The notes: generated from the sequence alone by a model not told the origin. Counted from the stretch's first letter, positions 9,114 to 20,276 are shown. The stretch: 64,000 bases of DNA from an uncultured Hormoscilla sp. (GCA_963921275.4 OZ001293.3:6176001-6240000), one strand, 5' to 3'. Made by a program: numbers and translations.

Positions 9114-10397
9114 TTAGCTAGTTCCTAATAACCTGCGAGTTTCATCAGCAGCTGATTTCATCGCTTTGACAGGATCGAAGCGCCCTGTCAGTGCCCCACT
9201 CAGATAACGCTGCAAAATATCGGATGCCTGGGCATATTGGGGAATTTGCGGACGTAAGACAGCATTTTCTACTACTTCTAATAACTGTGGGTAGTGGGGA
9301 TATTTAGCAACAATTTCGGGATCGGTAAATAATGGACGGCGGGAAGGGACATAGCCAGTTTTCAGAATGAACTGACGCTGGGCTGCGGTACTGGTAAAAT
9401 ACTCGATCGCCTGCCAAGCTGCTTCAGGATATTTGGAGGTTTTGGATATCCCGAGTCCCCACCCGCCTAGACAAGCGCCGCCCTGCTTTTCTGGGGCAGA
9501 CACCATTGGTTTAATAGCAATTTTACCTGCTATGGGCGAGGTATTTTGATTCGCTAAGGACCAAACATAGGGCCAGTTTCTTAAGAACAATGTTTCCCCA
9601 TTTTGGAAGAGGCGGCGCGTTTCTTCTTCGGCGTAGGTAGTGACTCCTGGAGGAGAAACTCCCCGATCGATTGTCGAAATTAGAAACTTAATAGCTGCGA
9701 TCGCTTCTGGTTTGTCCAGTCCCACTGCGAGAGTTTCCGGGTCAACCCAAAAGCCACCAAAACCAGCCAGTACCTCAGTAAACATGGCAGCTAAACCTTC
9801 GTATTGCTTCCCTTGCCAGACGTATCCCCAGGTAGCTGCCCCATTTCCTTGTAATGCTTGAGAAATATCAATTAAATCGGAAAAAGTTTCTGGCGGGTTT
9901 AGTTTCGCTGCTGCCAGCAGGTCTTGTCGATAGTATAGCATCCCGACATCTGATTGAAAAGGTATGCGATACAGTTTGCCCTCGTATATGCTAGCTTCGA
10001 CATCTTTCTCTAGGAAGGCGCTCAAGTCTGAGGCATTAATGCGATCGGTCAGATCCAGCAGCCACCCCGCAGCGGCAAATTTGGGAACCCAAACTACATC
10101 CATCATAATCAGATCGTAGGGAGAATCACCCAACAAAAAGGCCGACGTGTAGAGGTCTTCCTGTAAATTTGTGTCATTGGGTGCCTCAATTAAGTTAATT
10201 TTGATATCTGGGTACTCTGTTTCAAATTCTTTGACCAGTACCTCCTGCCAAACTGGTACTTCTAGGGCATTAATCAAGATGCTGAGTGTGACGGTTCGCT
10301 GTTGCTGGGCAATTCCTACTGAAATGCCGCGCAGCAAAGTTACAACCAGTATGGTAGCGATGAACAATTTTAAGATCCGAGACATTATCTGTAGCAA
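9114..10397 (-). CDS. Sugar ABC transporter substrate-binding protein
   Basis: Signal peptide, SBP family 1 features, same operon as the permeases. Confidence 0.9.
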   Translation of the reverse strand: MLQIMSRILKLFIATILVVTLLRGISVGIAQQQRTVTLSILINALEVPVWQEVLVKEFETEYPDIKINLIEAPNDTNLQEDLYTSAFLLGDSPYDLIMMDVVWVPKFAAAGWLLDLTDRINASDLSAFLEKDVEASIYEGKLYRIPFQSDVGMLYYRQDLLAAAKLNPPETFSDLIDISQALQGNGAATWGYVWQGKQYEGLAAMFTEVLAGFGGFWVDPETLAVGLDKPEAIAAIKFLISTIDRGVSPPGVTTYAEEETRRLFQNGETLFLRNWPYVWSLANQNTSPIAGKIAIKPMVSAPEKQGGACLGGWGLGISKTSKYPEAAWQAIEYFTSTAAQRQFILKTGYVPSRRPLFTDPEIVAKYPHYPQLLEVVENAVLRPQIPQYAQASDILQRYLSGALTGRFDPVKAMKSAADETRRLLGTS

Positions 10398-10515
10398 TTT
10401 AAGTTCGTAGTAAGGACTTTAGTCCTTTGCCGTTCGTAGTAAGGACTTTAGTCATTCAGGTAAGTAGCCTAGAAACCAAGTTTTTTGTCAAAACCTGGTT
10501 TCTTAATGCAAGCAT

Positions 10516-11442
10516 TCAGATGAGCCCTTTAGGCTTCACGCTTCGATGCGATGCGCGAAGCGCATCGAAATCCTGAGTGCTGGGCACTGCAAACTGCTGC
10601 TCCAGCTGTTTATAATAGGGCACATTAATGATCTGTTCAAACTCTTGGAAGTTAACGAGCGCGTCAAACCCAGAGGTAGTTCCATGTTGCTTCAAATGAC
10701 TCAAGCAATTTATCATGGCCTTAGTAGCAGAGAACATACCGGAAAGGGGATATACTACAATTTTGAAACCTAATTCTTGTAGTTCTTTGCCCGATAGACA
10801 AGGTGTTTTGCCCCCTTCTATCATGTTGGCAAACAAGGGCGCATCCTCAAAGGCAGAGGCGATCGCCTTCAGGTCTTCTAGGGACTGGGGAGCTTCAATG
10901 AAGACTATATCAGCACCGGCGTCAAAATAAGCTTGACCCCGGCGAATTGCTGCTTCTAAACCCAGGGGTGCCCGGGCATCCGTCCGACCAATGATTACCA
11001 GACCACTTTCGCCCCTAGCATGGACTGCTGCTTTGATTTTCTCGACATGTTCGCTCATCGGAATTACGCGCTTGCCCTCAAAATGACCGCATTTCTTCGG
11101 CCAGCACTGGTCTTCTAGGATAATGCCAGCAACGCCTAACTGCACAACATCTGTAACGGTCCGGATCACATTCAGCGGGTTACCATAACCGGTATCAATA
11201 TCAGCGACTAGGGGGATATTTACAGACTGAGCGATCCTGCCCACACTGTAGAGCATTTCCGTGGCCGTGAGGAAACCGTAGTCCGGCTGACCGAGGGTGG
11301 AGCCAGAAATGCCGAAGCCGCTAGTGAACACTGCTTCAAAACCTAATTGCTCAGTCAGTTTCGCGCCGATGCAGTCGTAGACGCCAGGCAGAATGAGAAT
11401 TCCCGGTTGTTCTAGGATTTTTCTGAGTTGATGACCAGACAT
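10516..11442 (-). CDS. Isocitrate lyase/PEP mutase family enzyme (PrpB-like)
   Basis: DIDTGYG, EDQ..PKKCGH and RTDA motifs. Confidence 0.9.
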   Translation of the reverse strand: MSGHQLRKILEQPGILILPGVYDCIGAKLTEQLGFEAVFTSGFGISGSTLGQPDYGFLTATEMLYSVGRIAQSVNIPLVADIDTGYGNPLNVIRTVTDVVQLGVAGIILEDQCWPKKCGHFEGKRVIPMSEHVEKIKAAVHARGESGLVIIGRTDARAPLGLEAAIRRGQAYFDAGADIVFIEAPQSLEDLKAIASAFEDAPLFANMIEGGKTPCLSGKELQELGFKIVVYPLSGMFSATKAMINCLSHLKQHGTTSGFDALVNFQEFEQIINVPYYKQLEQQFAVPSTQDFDALRASHRSVKPKGLI

Positions 11443-11748
11443 ATACTTCCCTCTAGAGGGGACAAGGAATACGTTACTACACTCTTGGACAATTTGTCAG
11501 GGAGTAGCTAATGGCTAAATGATTGCTGTCTCGTTACTGAATGATTACTCAGTAATGCCGAACGAGTCACTACAGTGCGGGATGCCTTGCTGTCTTGACA
11601 GCGGGAGTACTTGCCGCACTACGGTTCCCGACTGCCGCACTACGGTTCACCCAATTCGATGTCGTCCAGCCTGGGAAGTATCTGGAGCTCGTTCGTAGTC
11701 AGCACGCTATGGCTGCGCTCCCGCAAGGGATACGGACTTAGCTCACCG

Positions 11749-11868
11749 GGAAACACTAAAGTGTTTACTACAAACGGCGGAAACACTAAAGTGTTTACTA
11801 CAAACGGCGGAAACACTAAAGTGTTTACTACAAACGGCGGAAACACTAAAGTGTTTACTACAAACGGC
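11749..11868. repeat. 4 x 30-bp perfect tandem repeat; related copies near 10404-10455, 46544-46565 and 54206-54280
   Basis: Unit GGAAACACTAAAGTGTTTACTACAAACGGC. Confidence 0.95.
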
Positions 11869-11954
11869 GATATTATGACAATGTAATTTGCGCACATCCG
11901 CCGATGTTGCCGCTCAACCTTGTCTCACAATAACTTAGCCCCGGAGTTCTGGCT

Positions 11955-12752
11955 ATGACTACATTGGAATTGTTGGAATTGTCGCTTCTCGCTGGTGGGG
12001 GGCTATTGGCTGGAATTCTCGCAGGTTTTCTGGGCATCGGTGGCGGCACGGTTTTGGTGCCCCTTCTAGTAGCCTTGGCTTACCAACCCGTGCAAGCGGT
12101 GGCAACCAGTAGCCTGGTCATCTTAGTAACCGCTACTTCTGGTAGCATCCAAAACTGGTTGATGGGCACCCTCAGTTTCCAGCGGGTGATTTACCTGGGA
12201 TTGCCAGCTTTATTGACAGCACCGGTGGGTGCTTATGTAGCCAATTATCTTAAACCTTACATACTTCTATTGGGGTTTGGGCTGTTTCTGGTGCTGAATA
12301 TCTTTTTAGTGGAAGTGCGCAAAAGCATCACCAGTGATGAAGAAGGGGCAATGCACCAACCCTTTAACCCAATTATGGTGCGCATCTTAACTGGCAGTAC
12401 AGCTGGTCTGATGGCAGGGATGTTCGGAGTTGGTGGCGGGGTGATTATGGTGCCCCTGCAAATCGTGCTGTTGGGAGAAACGATTAAAGTAGCGATTCAG
12501 ACAAGTCTGGGCGTGATTGCGATCGCGGCCACTTCTGCTTGTGTGGGCCACGGCCTGCAAAATCCTGATAATCTCTTGCTGTTGCCCGGTCTGGTTCTGG
12601 GCATGGGGGGACTGGTGGGTGCCCAGATTAGCACTCGCTTTCTACCCAGACTACCCGATGAAGTTATTACCATCGCTTTTCGCAGTTTCCTGGCAATCAT
12701 GGCAATCTATATTTTATGGGAAGCTTGGAATAGTTATCGGCTGGGGCTGTAG
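11955..12752 (+). CDS. TSUP (TauE/SafE) family permease
   Basis: Duplicated G.GGG..xVP motifs, multiple TM helices. Confidence 0.9.
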   Translation: MTTLELLELSLLAGGGLLAGILAGFLGIGGGTVLVPLLVALAYQPVQAVATSSLVILVTATSGSIQNWLMGTLSFQRVIYLGLPALLTAPVGAYVANYLKPYILLLGFGLFLVLNIFLVEVRKSITSDEEGAMHQPFNPIMVRILTGSTAGLMAGMFGVGGGVIMVPLQIVLLGETIKVAIQTSLGVIAIAATSACVGHGLQNPDNLLLLPGLVLGMGGLVGAQISTRFLPRLPDEVITIAFRSFLAIMAIYILWEAWNSYRLGL

Positions 12753-12899
12753 GACAGTCAATCGTCCGTTGCTAGTTGGTTTGACATAATGGATAAAACA
12801 AGTTATGATGAATTAAGGATATCAATACAGTTACGATAACCAGATCGCCTTGCCCGATCTCTTCATACAACTTCGCAACAATTAATAATAACCGACAAG

Positions 12900-13928
12900 A
12901 TGACAGATTACCAATTATCAATGGGACGCCGCAAATTGCTTGGGATAGGGGCGATCGCCCTCGGGAGTGGCCTGCTGACGGCTTGCAGCAATGGCAAGGA
13001 GAAAACGGAAGATGGTCTCGATCGGGTTGAGTATACCACAGACTGGTACGCTCAAGCGGAACATGGGGGTTTCTACCAAGCTGTAGCCACGGGAATTTAT
13101 CGAGAACATGGTCTGGATGCTACCATCAAAATGGGCGGACCGCAAGTCAATGGCACTCAATTGTTGATGGGCGGTGTGGTAGATTTCATGATGGGAAGTG
13201 GTGACGGTGCCATTATGGCTGTGGCAGAGGGGATTCCTAAAATTACAGTAGCAGCAATCTTTCAAAAACATCCCCGAGTTTTAATCGCCCATCCAGGGGT
13301 CAAGAACGACTCCCTGGAACAACTGAAGGGCAAGCCAATATTTGTTTCCGCAGGTCCGGTAGGCTATTGGTCATTTTTGCAGGCGAAATACGGGTTCACA
13401 GAAGACCAAAGACGTCCCTATAATTTTAATGTTAGTCCATTTTTGTTGGATAAAAATGCGGTGCAGCAAGGATACTTCTCTTCTGAACCTTTTACCGTGC
13501 AACAAGCAGGAGTTGAACCAGTAATTTTCTTGTTAGCAGATTCCGGTTACAATCCTTATGCTACTACTATAGATACTCAAATAGAATTGGTAGAAAAAAA
13601 ACCGGACTTGGTGCAGCGGTTTGTGGATGGGTCAATTAAAGGTTGGTATAGCTATCTGGAAAATCCGGTCCCAGGAAATGAACTGATTAAAAAAGATTAT
13701 CCCCAGATGACAGATAAATTGCTAGCCTATGGTTTCACGAAGATGAAAGAATATGGGATGGTGGACTCTGGAGATGCGAAAACCCTAGGAATAGGGGCGA
13801 TGACCGAGGAACGTTGGCAGTCGTTTTTTGATATCATGGTAGAAGCAGGTCTGTTAAAGCCAGATACTAACTACAAAAAAGTCTACACGCTGGAATTCGT
13901 CAACAAAGGAGTAAAATATTACCTGTAG
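12900..13928 (+). CDS. NMT1/THI5-like ABC substrate-binding protein
   Basis: RR-containing leader with LTAC lipobox; WYAQAEHGGFYQA. Confidence 0.88.
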   Translation: MTDYQLSMGRRKLLGIGAIALGSGLLTACSNGKEKTEDGLDRVEYTTDWYAQAEHGGFYQAVATGIYREHGLDATIKMGGPQVNGTQLLMGGVVDFMMGSGDGAIMAVAEGIPKITVAAIFQKHPRVLIAHPGVKNDSLEQLKGKPIFVSAGPVGYWSFLQAKYGFTEDQRRPYNFNVSPFLLDKNAVQQGYFSSEPFTVQQAGVEPVIFLLADSGYNPYATTIDTQIELVEKKPDLVQRFVDGSIKGWYSYLENPVPGNELIKKDYPQMTDKLLAYGFTKMKEYGMVDSGDAKTLGIGAMTEERWQSFFDIMVEAGLLKPDTNYKKVYTLEFVNKGVKYYL

Positions 13929-13989
13929 GGTGGGCACCGCCCACCAGATATCGGGAAATAATTAACAATCAAAATTAAAATTAACAAAA

Positions 13990-14742
13990 ATGAGGGAAAA
14001 ACCAGCAATTTCTATAACTCATATAAACAAGGTTTACCGAAATGGAACGGTAGCTTTGCAAGACATGAGTATGGAGATAAAAGAATCTCAATTCGTGAGT
14101 TTATTGGGGCCTTCAGGGTGCGGCAAGAGTACGGTGCTGCGGCTGATTGCTGGATTGGAAAAGGCGAGTTATGGTAAGATAGAGTGGGGCGATCGCGCCT
14201 GGAACCAAAAGTTGGCATTCGTGTTTCAGGAAGCGGCCCTGATGCCCTGGGAAACGGTAAGGGAGAATGTCCGTTTGCCTTTGAAACTAGCAGGAAAATC
14301 TCAAAAAGAGTCAAGTAGAGCGGTACGGGAAGCATTAGATTTGGTAGGATTAAAGGGATGGGAACACAGCTATCCCCGCCAGTTGTCGGGGGGGATGAAA
14401 ATGCGAGTCTCGATCGCCCGGGCGCTGATTACGGAACCGATGGTATTATTAATGGACGAGCCGTTTGGGGCCCTGGATGAAATTACTCGGAGTAAACTGA
14501 ACGACGATCTGCTGTCTTTATGGAGTCAGAAACGCTGGATGATCGTGTTTGTCACCCATAATATTTATGAAGCGGTATATCTATCAAATCGGGTAATAGT
14601 CATGGCGGCCCGTCCGGGACGAGTGGTGGCAGATATCCCTATTGATGCCCCGTATCCGCGCACGGAAGAGTTTAGAACTTCCTCATTGTATAATAAATAT
14701 TGCCGTGAGGTGGCGCGTTGGTTGGCAGAAGCGATAAAGTAA
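13990..14742 (+). CDS. ABC ATP-binding protein (NitT/TauT type)
   Basis: GPSGCGKST, LSGGMKMR, MDEPFGALD. Confidence 0.93.
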   Translation: MREKPAISITHINKVYRNGTVALQDMSMEIKESQFVSLLGPSGCGKSTVLRLIAGLEKASYGKIEWGDRAWNQKLAFVFQEAALMPWETVRENVRLPLKLAGKSQKESSRAVREALDLVGLKGWEHSYPRQLSGGMKMRVSIARALITEPMVLLMDEPFGALDEITRSKLNDDLLSLWSQKRWMIVFVTHNIYEAVYLSNRVIVMAARPGRVVADIPIDAPYPRTEEFRTSSLYNKYCREVARWLAEAIK

Positions 14743-14743
14743 T

Positions 14744-15439
14744 ATGAGTAGAGTTACTATCCTCGAACCCGATCGATCCTATACTTTTCGCAGCTACTTC
14801 GAGATGGCCTACGAACCGGAGGACATTTTAGCTGAGTTGGGTTACTCTTTTGGGCGCAGGACTGTTAATTTACCCCAGTTTGAAGGGCCACTTGATCGCC
14901 TGGATAATCTAAAATCTAGAATAGCAGAAAGCTTGCCCTATGTCAGTCTGACTAGCGAGGCGGCGAGACGTGAATTGCTGATTGCGCCCATCTTGCTGGA
15001 TGTGCTACATTACACTCAGGCCCAGTTACGGATTGAATATCCCCTCAAGGTCAACGATCGACTCAAGGGGGATCTAGACTATTATCTGTATACTAGGAGT
15101 AGAATCTTGGTAGTAGAAGCGAAGAATGCTGATTTATCCAGGGGGTTTACGCAACTTGCTGTGGAACTAATCGCTTTAGATATCTGGACAGAGTCTGATG
15201 AACCTATGTTAACAGGCGCAGTATCGACGGGAGATATCTGGCAATTTGGACAGTGCGATCGCGCCCAAAAACAGATTACCCAAGATTTGAATTTGTATCG
15301 CGTTCCTTCTGACTTGGAACCATTGCTGAGAATTATCGTTGCGGTCCTGCGATTGCGCGGAGCGCACGCTACGCGATTGCGCGGAGCGCACGCTACGCGA
15401 TTGCGCGGAGCGCACGCTACGCGATTGGCATCTGACTGA
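14744..15439 (+). CDS. Cyanobacterial PD-(D/E)xK-like hypothetical protein inside the ABC operon; C-terminus extended by 3 x 24-bp repeats
   Basis: SEAARRE, G.LDY, VVEAK..D, Q motifs; (RLRGAHAT)x3. Confidence 0.7.
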   Translation: MSRVTILEPDRSYTFRSYFEMAYEPEDILAELGYSFGRRTVNLPQFEGPLDRLDNLKSRIAESLPYVSLTSEAARRELLIAPILLDVLHYTQAQLRIEYPLKVNDRLKGDLDYYLYTRSRILVVEAKNADLSRGFTQLAVELIALDIWTESDEPMLTGAVSTGDIWQFGQCDRAQKQITQDLNLYRVPSDLEPLLRIIVAVLRLRGAHATRLRGAHATRLRGAHATRLASD

Positions 15440-15447
15440 AGATAAAT

Positions 15448-16257
15448 ATGAACAATCGTTTCAATATAAACAAGCTATTTTCTCTTGACGTTATCGCCCC
15501 GGTTGTAGTGGGCATTATCGCCTTGCTAATCTGGGAAATCGGGGTGCGGGTCAGTGGAATCCCCTATTATTTACTGCCCAGTCCGTCATTGGTGCTGCAA
15601 ACCCTGATCAGTGACTGGAATGAATTGTTTGCTTCCCTGCTGATTACGCTGAAAATTACTGTGGTTGCCTTTGTTGTGGCAGCTATTTCGGGTTTGGCGA
15701 TCGCGATCTTATTTGCCCAGAGTAAGTGGATCGAACGCAGCTTTTTTCCCTACGCAGTGATTTTACAAACCATGCCCATTGTGGCGATCGCCCCTTTAAT
15801 CATCATCTGGTTGAGAGATAATACCTTTGGGGCCTTAGTCCTCTGTGCCTGGATAGTAGCATTCTTCCCGATCGTTTCCAATACTACCCTGGGACTGAAT
15901 ACGGTTGACTCTAACCTGAGCGACCTGTTTAAGCTATATAAAGCATCTCGCTGGCAAACTCTGCTATACTTGCGCTTGCCCAGTGCCTTGCCCTATTTCC
16001 TGGCTGGACTCAGGATTAGTGGTGGGTTATCATTGATCGGGGCAGTAGTGGCAGAATTTGTGGCCGGGACCGGAGGGGCCCGATCGGGACTGGCCTATCA
16101 AATTCTCAATGCTAGCTATAATCTCCAAATACCCCGCATGTTCGCCGCCCTGTTGCTGATTACCATGTTGGGGGTGATAATATTTGTGGTGTTGATGCTT
16201 GTCTCTGACTTGTTACTCCGAAACTGGCACGAAAGCGCGCTCGCCAAGGAACGATGA
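15448..16257 (+). CDS. ABC permease (NitT/TauT type)
   Basis: LRLPSALPY, GAVVAEF. Confidence 0.92.
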   Translation: MNNRFNINKLFSLDVIAPVVVGIIALLIWEIGVRVSGIPYYLLPSPSLVLQTLISDWNELFASLLITLKITVVAFVVAAISGLAIAILFAQSKWIERSFFPYAVILQTMPIVAIAPLIIIWLRDNTFGALVLCAWIVAFFPIVSNTTLGLNTVDSNLSDLFKLYKASRWQTLLYLRLPSALPYFLAGLRISGGLSLIGAVVAEFVAGTGGARSGLAYQILNASYNLQIPRMFAALLLITMLGVIIFVVLMLVSDLLLRNWHESALAKER

Positions 16258-16334
16258 GTTCGGAGTTCACCAGATGTAGGGTGGGCATCGCCCACCGTTG
16301 AGCAAATTGAGCAAAAGTTAAGTGGGATCGATAT

Positions 16335-17660
16335 ATGCAATTTAATGACACGAAATACTGGTTAAAAAATGTTCGCGTACCGGCATCTTTGCTGGCAGAA
16401 GTGCCAGAAAATGCCGAGGGTACTTGGGAAGACTTGGTGATGGTCGATCTGGAAGTCAGAGATGGGGCGATCGGGCAAATAATTGCCAGCAGTCAGAGCC
16501 CAGAAACCGGAAATTTGCCCTATTATAATTTACGGGGCGGTCAACTATGGCCTTGTTTTGTAGATCTTCATACCCACCTGGATAAAGGACATGTCTGGGA
16601 TCGATCGCCCAACCCCGACGGCACCTTTAATAGCGCCATAGAAACTTGCCATCGCGATGCGGAACAATATTGGGACGCCGAAGATATCTATCGGCGGATG
16701 GAATTTGGGCTCAAATGCAGTTACGCCCACGGTACTAAAGCCATTAAAACCCATCTGGATTACCTTGGCAAGCATCTGCCTGATAGCTGGGAAGTTTTCA
16801 CAACCCTACGGGAAGAATGGCAAGATAAAATAATCCTGCAAGGGGTTTCTCTCCTAACGCTAGATATGTTTTTGACGCCAGAGGGAGAAAAATTAGCCGA
16901 CAAACTTGCGGAAATTGGCGGGATCGTGGGGGGAATGCCCCAGATGAATGCAGATTTAGACAAGCAGTTAGACCGGGTTTTTTCCCTGGCAACGGAACGG
17001 AATCTCGATCTAGATTTCCACACCGACGAAAGCGGGAACCCCGAGGCCATGACCGTCCGCCACGTAGCAGCAGCAGCCCTACGTCACCAATTCTCTGGTA
17101 AAATTATCTGCGGACATTGCTGTAGCTTGGCAGTACAGTCCCCAGAGGAAGTGAAGCAAACTTTGGAGTTGGTAAAAGAGGCGGGTATTGCAATTGTTAG
17201 CTTGCCCACGTGCAATCTTTACCTGCAAGACCGACAACCCGGTAGGACACCCCGCTGGCGAGGAGTGACTTTATTACAGGAAATCAAAGCTGCTGGTATT
17301 CCTGTAGCTTTAGCAAGTGATAATTGTCGCGACCCCTTCTACGGTTTTGGCGATCGCGATATGTTGGAAGTATTCACAATGGCAGTCCGCATCGGTCACC
17401 TAGACATGCCCTATGGTGACTGGCCGAGGGCAGTTACCTCCACCCCCGCTGACTTGATGAGATTGCCAGAAGTTGGGAAAATAGAAGAGGGTGGACCGGC
17501 AGATTTGATTCTGTTCAAAGGGCGGACCTATAGCGAACTACTCTCCCGTCGGCAGGGCGATCGCTTGGTCTTGCGCCGGGGGAAAGCAATCAATCGCACT
17601 TTACCAGATTATACAGGGTTAGACGATCTCACCGCCCGATCGGAATGCACGAACAATTAG
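16335..17660 (+). CDS. codA: Cytosine deaminase (amidohydrolase)
   Basis: DLHTHLDK, FHTDE, GHCCSL, SDN.RDPF. Confidence 0.88.
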   Translation: MQFNDTKYWLKNVRVPASLLAEVPENAEGTWEDLVMVDLEVRDGAIGQIIASSQSPETGNLPYYNLRGGQLWPCFVDLHTHLDKGHVWDRSPNPDGTFNSAIETCHRDAEQYWDAEDIYRRMEFGLKCSYAHGTKAIKTHLDYLGKHLPDSWEVFTTLREEWQDKIILQGVSLLTLDMFLTPEGEKLADKLAEIGGIVGGMPQMNADLDKQLDRVFSLATERNLDLDFHTDESGNPEAMTVRHVAAAALRHQFSGKIICGHCCSLAVQSPEEVKQTLELVKEAGIAIVSLPTCNLYLQDRQPGRTPRWRGVTLLQEIKAAGIPVALASDNCRDPFYGFGDRDMLEVFTMAVRIGHLDMPYGDWPRAVTSTPADLMRLPEVGKIEEGGPADLILFKGRTYSELLSRRQGDRLVLRRGKAINRTLPDYTGLDDLTARSECTNN

Positions 17661-18188
17661 CAATTGGGCGACCCAGTCGCCCAGGGCTACACGCTACTTC
17701 GTATTGCAAGATGTAATTAATAACGATAGCACAGTATCTCAATCAAATTATTCAGTTGGTCTATTTCCCAACTATCTTCATTGTGAGAGATTGTGTCACA
17801 CTGTGTTATGGGCAAAAATAGACGCTCTTTGCAGTTTGTGAAATGTGCGATCGCGTATACTTGAGAACATCTTTGTGGCGAAAACAATCGTGAGGAAACG
17901 CGCTCGATGACAGTTCAACTTGCGCGACGCTTTCTTTACGTATATCAGCGCGTCACCAAGCAACAAATAATACAGAAAGTTAGGCGGCCATCAAGCCCTG
18001 GGTTAAGTTATCAACCAGTGATAAGCGACCTCTACGAAGGAGATATATGACTCGCTGTGCAGATTTTCTCTCGAACTCGCACTCGAAATCCATTATTGAC
18101 AAGGGTGGTCAGCAGATGGTAGTCGGAGAGGTTGATTGTGCCAGTTTGACGAGTATGATGTATAATAAAAGTAGATGGTAATCCAAAA

Positions 18189-18749
18189 GTGAGCGTATCT
18201 GCCATGAAGACTCTCGTAAAATGGTCTGTAGAAGACTATCATCACATGATCGAAACAGGGCTTTTGTCCGATCGCTCTGTAGAATTGTTAGCAGGTGAAA
18301 TTATAGAAATGAGTCCGGAAACTCCTATTCACTACAGCACAGCAAAGGAAAGTTCTAAATACTTAGAAAGATTGCTAGAAGGGGTTGCTGAGGTTCGTTT
18401 CAACGGACCAATTACTTTAGCAGACTCGGAACCAGAACCCGATATTGCCATTGTGCGGTTACCAGCATCTGTCTATAAAAAGCGTCACCCTCTTGCTGAC
18501 GACATATTTTGGATTATCGAGGTAGCTAAAACTAGCTTGAAAAAAGACTTGGATCTTAAATCTACTATCTACGCTAAGGCGGGTATTCAAGAATATTGGG
18601 TTTTAGATTTATCCGCCAAGCAGATGGCCGTGTTTAGAGATCCTCAAGATGGAAAGTATATCGCCAAACATACTCTTACAGGAGGAGAAATTACACCTCT
18701 TGCCTTTGGACAAATTAGAGTCTCGATCGAGAGACTTTTAAACGATTAA
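18189..18749 (+). CDS. Uma2 family endonuclease
   Basis: VELLAGEIIEMSP, SEPEPD, YAKAGIQEYW. Confidence 0.92.
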   Translation: MSVSAMKTLVKWSVEDYHHMIETGLLSDRSVELLAGEIIEMSPETPIHYSTAKESSKYLERLLEGVAEVRFNGPITLADSEPEPDIAIVRLPASVYKKRHPLADDIFWIIEVAKTSLKKDLDLKSTIYAKAGIQEYWVLDLSAKQMAVFRDPQDGKYIAKHTLTGGEITPLAFGQIRVSIERLLND

Positions 18750-19173
18750 GAACGCTAAATAACTAACTAGAGTAAGCCGTCAGGAGTTGTGCAACTGGAA
18801 TTTTAGGGCTCAGCCCTTACCCTTTCCTCAAACTCCATTTTACTTCAGTACCCTTAACCCAACCTTTTATAAATCCCTCATCTGCGGCCCTTCCCATCGG
18901 CACCCATTGAGGCGGTTTGTTCGGAGGCTTCCGAAGCGATCGTATAGGGACCGACTCGGACCTTACAGTTGACCGACGGCGGATGAGGATCGCGGAGTTT
19001 CACCAATGCATTCGGTGGGTAGCGCCACCACAGGGCAGCAAGCATGGCGTGCATGGTCCGGCTACTCGAACCTTCGCCCGGGCGGGCTATATTACATGCA
19101 TCGTGCGATGCGGCTATCAACTACAAGTGAGCTACGATGCCTTCCGGACGCACGGCGAAAACCCGGAAGGCAT

Positions 19174-19398
19174 CGCACCTGCGTCGGGCTTTAGCTCCCC
19201 CTTAGGGCCTTTTCCGTCACCGGTTGCAACTCGTGGGAGTAACTGTCCTACCGCACCGGGGTCGGGCTTTAGCTCCCCCTTAGGGCCTTTTCCGTCACCG
19301 GTTGCAACTCGTGGGAGTAACTGTCCTACCGCACCGGGGTCGGGCTTTAGCTCCCCCTTAGGGCCTTTTCGAGCACCGGTTGTAACTCGTGGGAGTAA
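19174..19398. repeat. About 2.9 copies of a 78-bp tandem repeat
   Basis: GTCGGGCTTTAGCTCCCCC... starts at 19183, 19261 and 19339. Confidence 0.95.
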
Positions 19399-19650
19399 GG
19401 GTAGCGATCGACATGTAGTGATGGCACAACTACTAACCCGATAAACATTTGTTGTCATCATGCACAAAATACGTGGCTCCTCACATTTTAAGTTGACAGA
19501 AGAGCGCTCTTCTGTCACTCTAGGCCGAAGGCGAACCGAGAACGCTGCAATTCCCCTGACAATGGAGCCGATAGTGCTTGACGATCACCGATTAGAAGAG
19601 TTATAATCAGCCTGCGATGGAAGAGTGTAACAAATCAGGAGACAGAGGAA

Positions 19651-20070
19651 ATGGGCTACGTTTTTGCAGAAATAGAGTTAAGCAATCCCAGACAGCAAGA
19701 TTTAACCCCCTTGAACGTTAGGGCTTTGGCCGATACAGGTGCGCTGATGTGTATTCCCGAACATATTGCCCTTCAACTCAGCCTCGAAACAGAATCTTTT
19801 CGGGAAGTCTCGGTAGCAGACGGGAGAAAAATAAGAGTTCCCTATGTCGGCCCCATCAAAGTCGCTTTTGGGCAACGATTTTGCTATGTTGGGGCATTAG
19901 TCTTTGGTGATGAGGTACTGCTAGGTGCAGTGCCGATGGAAGATATGGACTTAGTCGTTAACCCTGGAGGTCAGGAAGTCACTGTTAACCCCAACAATCC
20001 CAATATACCACACGCACGAGTTAAGCTCACTAACCTATGCTCAATTGAGTTAACCCCCCGGAACGGGTAA
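19651..20070 (+). CDS. Clan AA (retropepsin-like) aspartic protease
   Basis: ALADTGA and LLGAVPMEDMDL motifs. Confidence 0.85.
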   Translation: MGYVFAEIELSNPRQQDLTPLNVRALADTGALMCIPEHIALQLSLETESFREVSVADGRKIRVPYVGPIKVAFGQRFCYVGALVFGDEVLLGAVPMEDMDLVVNPGGQEVTVNPNNPNIPHARVKLTNLCSIELTPRNG

Positions 20071-20253
20071 AGCATCTATATGGGGGGAAAACTCGCAAGT
20101 CGCGGCCCGACAGATGTCTTCGTCCATGACTGCGATCGCGAGGTAGAAGCTATCTACAGTGACTACTTTCTCCACCCGGAAAACTTAGTTTACCAAGTCG
20201 ATCGCTTGCAGCACTACAAAATCGGGAGCAGAGTTTTCCAGATAGCTAATTGA
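20050..20253 (+). pseudogene. C-terminal remnant of a DUF579-like protein
   Basis: SIYMGGKLASRGPTDVFVHDCDREVEAIYSDYFLHPENL recalls the DUF579 DVFVHD.DR.VE motif. Confidence 0.45.
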
Positions 20254-20276
20254 GAAGATTGAAAATTGATTCTTCA

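Noticed and set aside
11749..11868. 30-bp repeats as a CRISPR array
   Set aside because: Head-to-tail with no spacers; the same motif is dispersed elsewhere in the window
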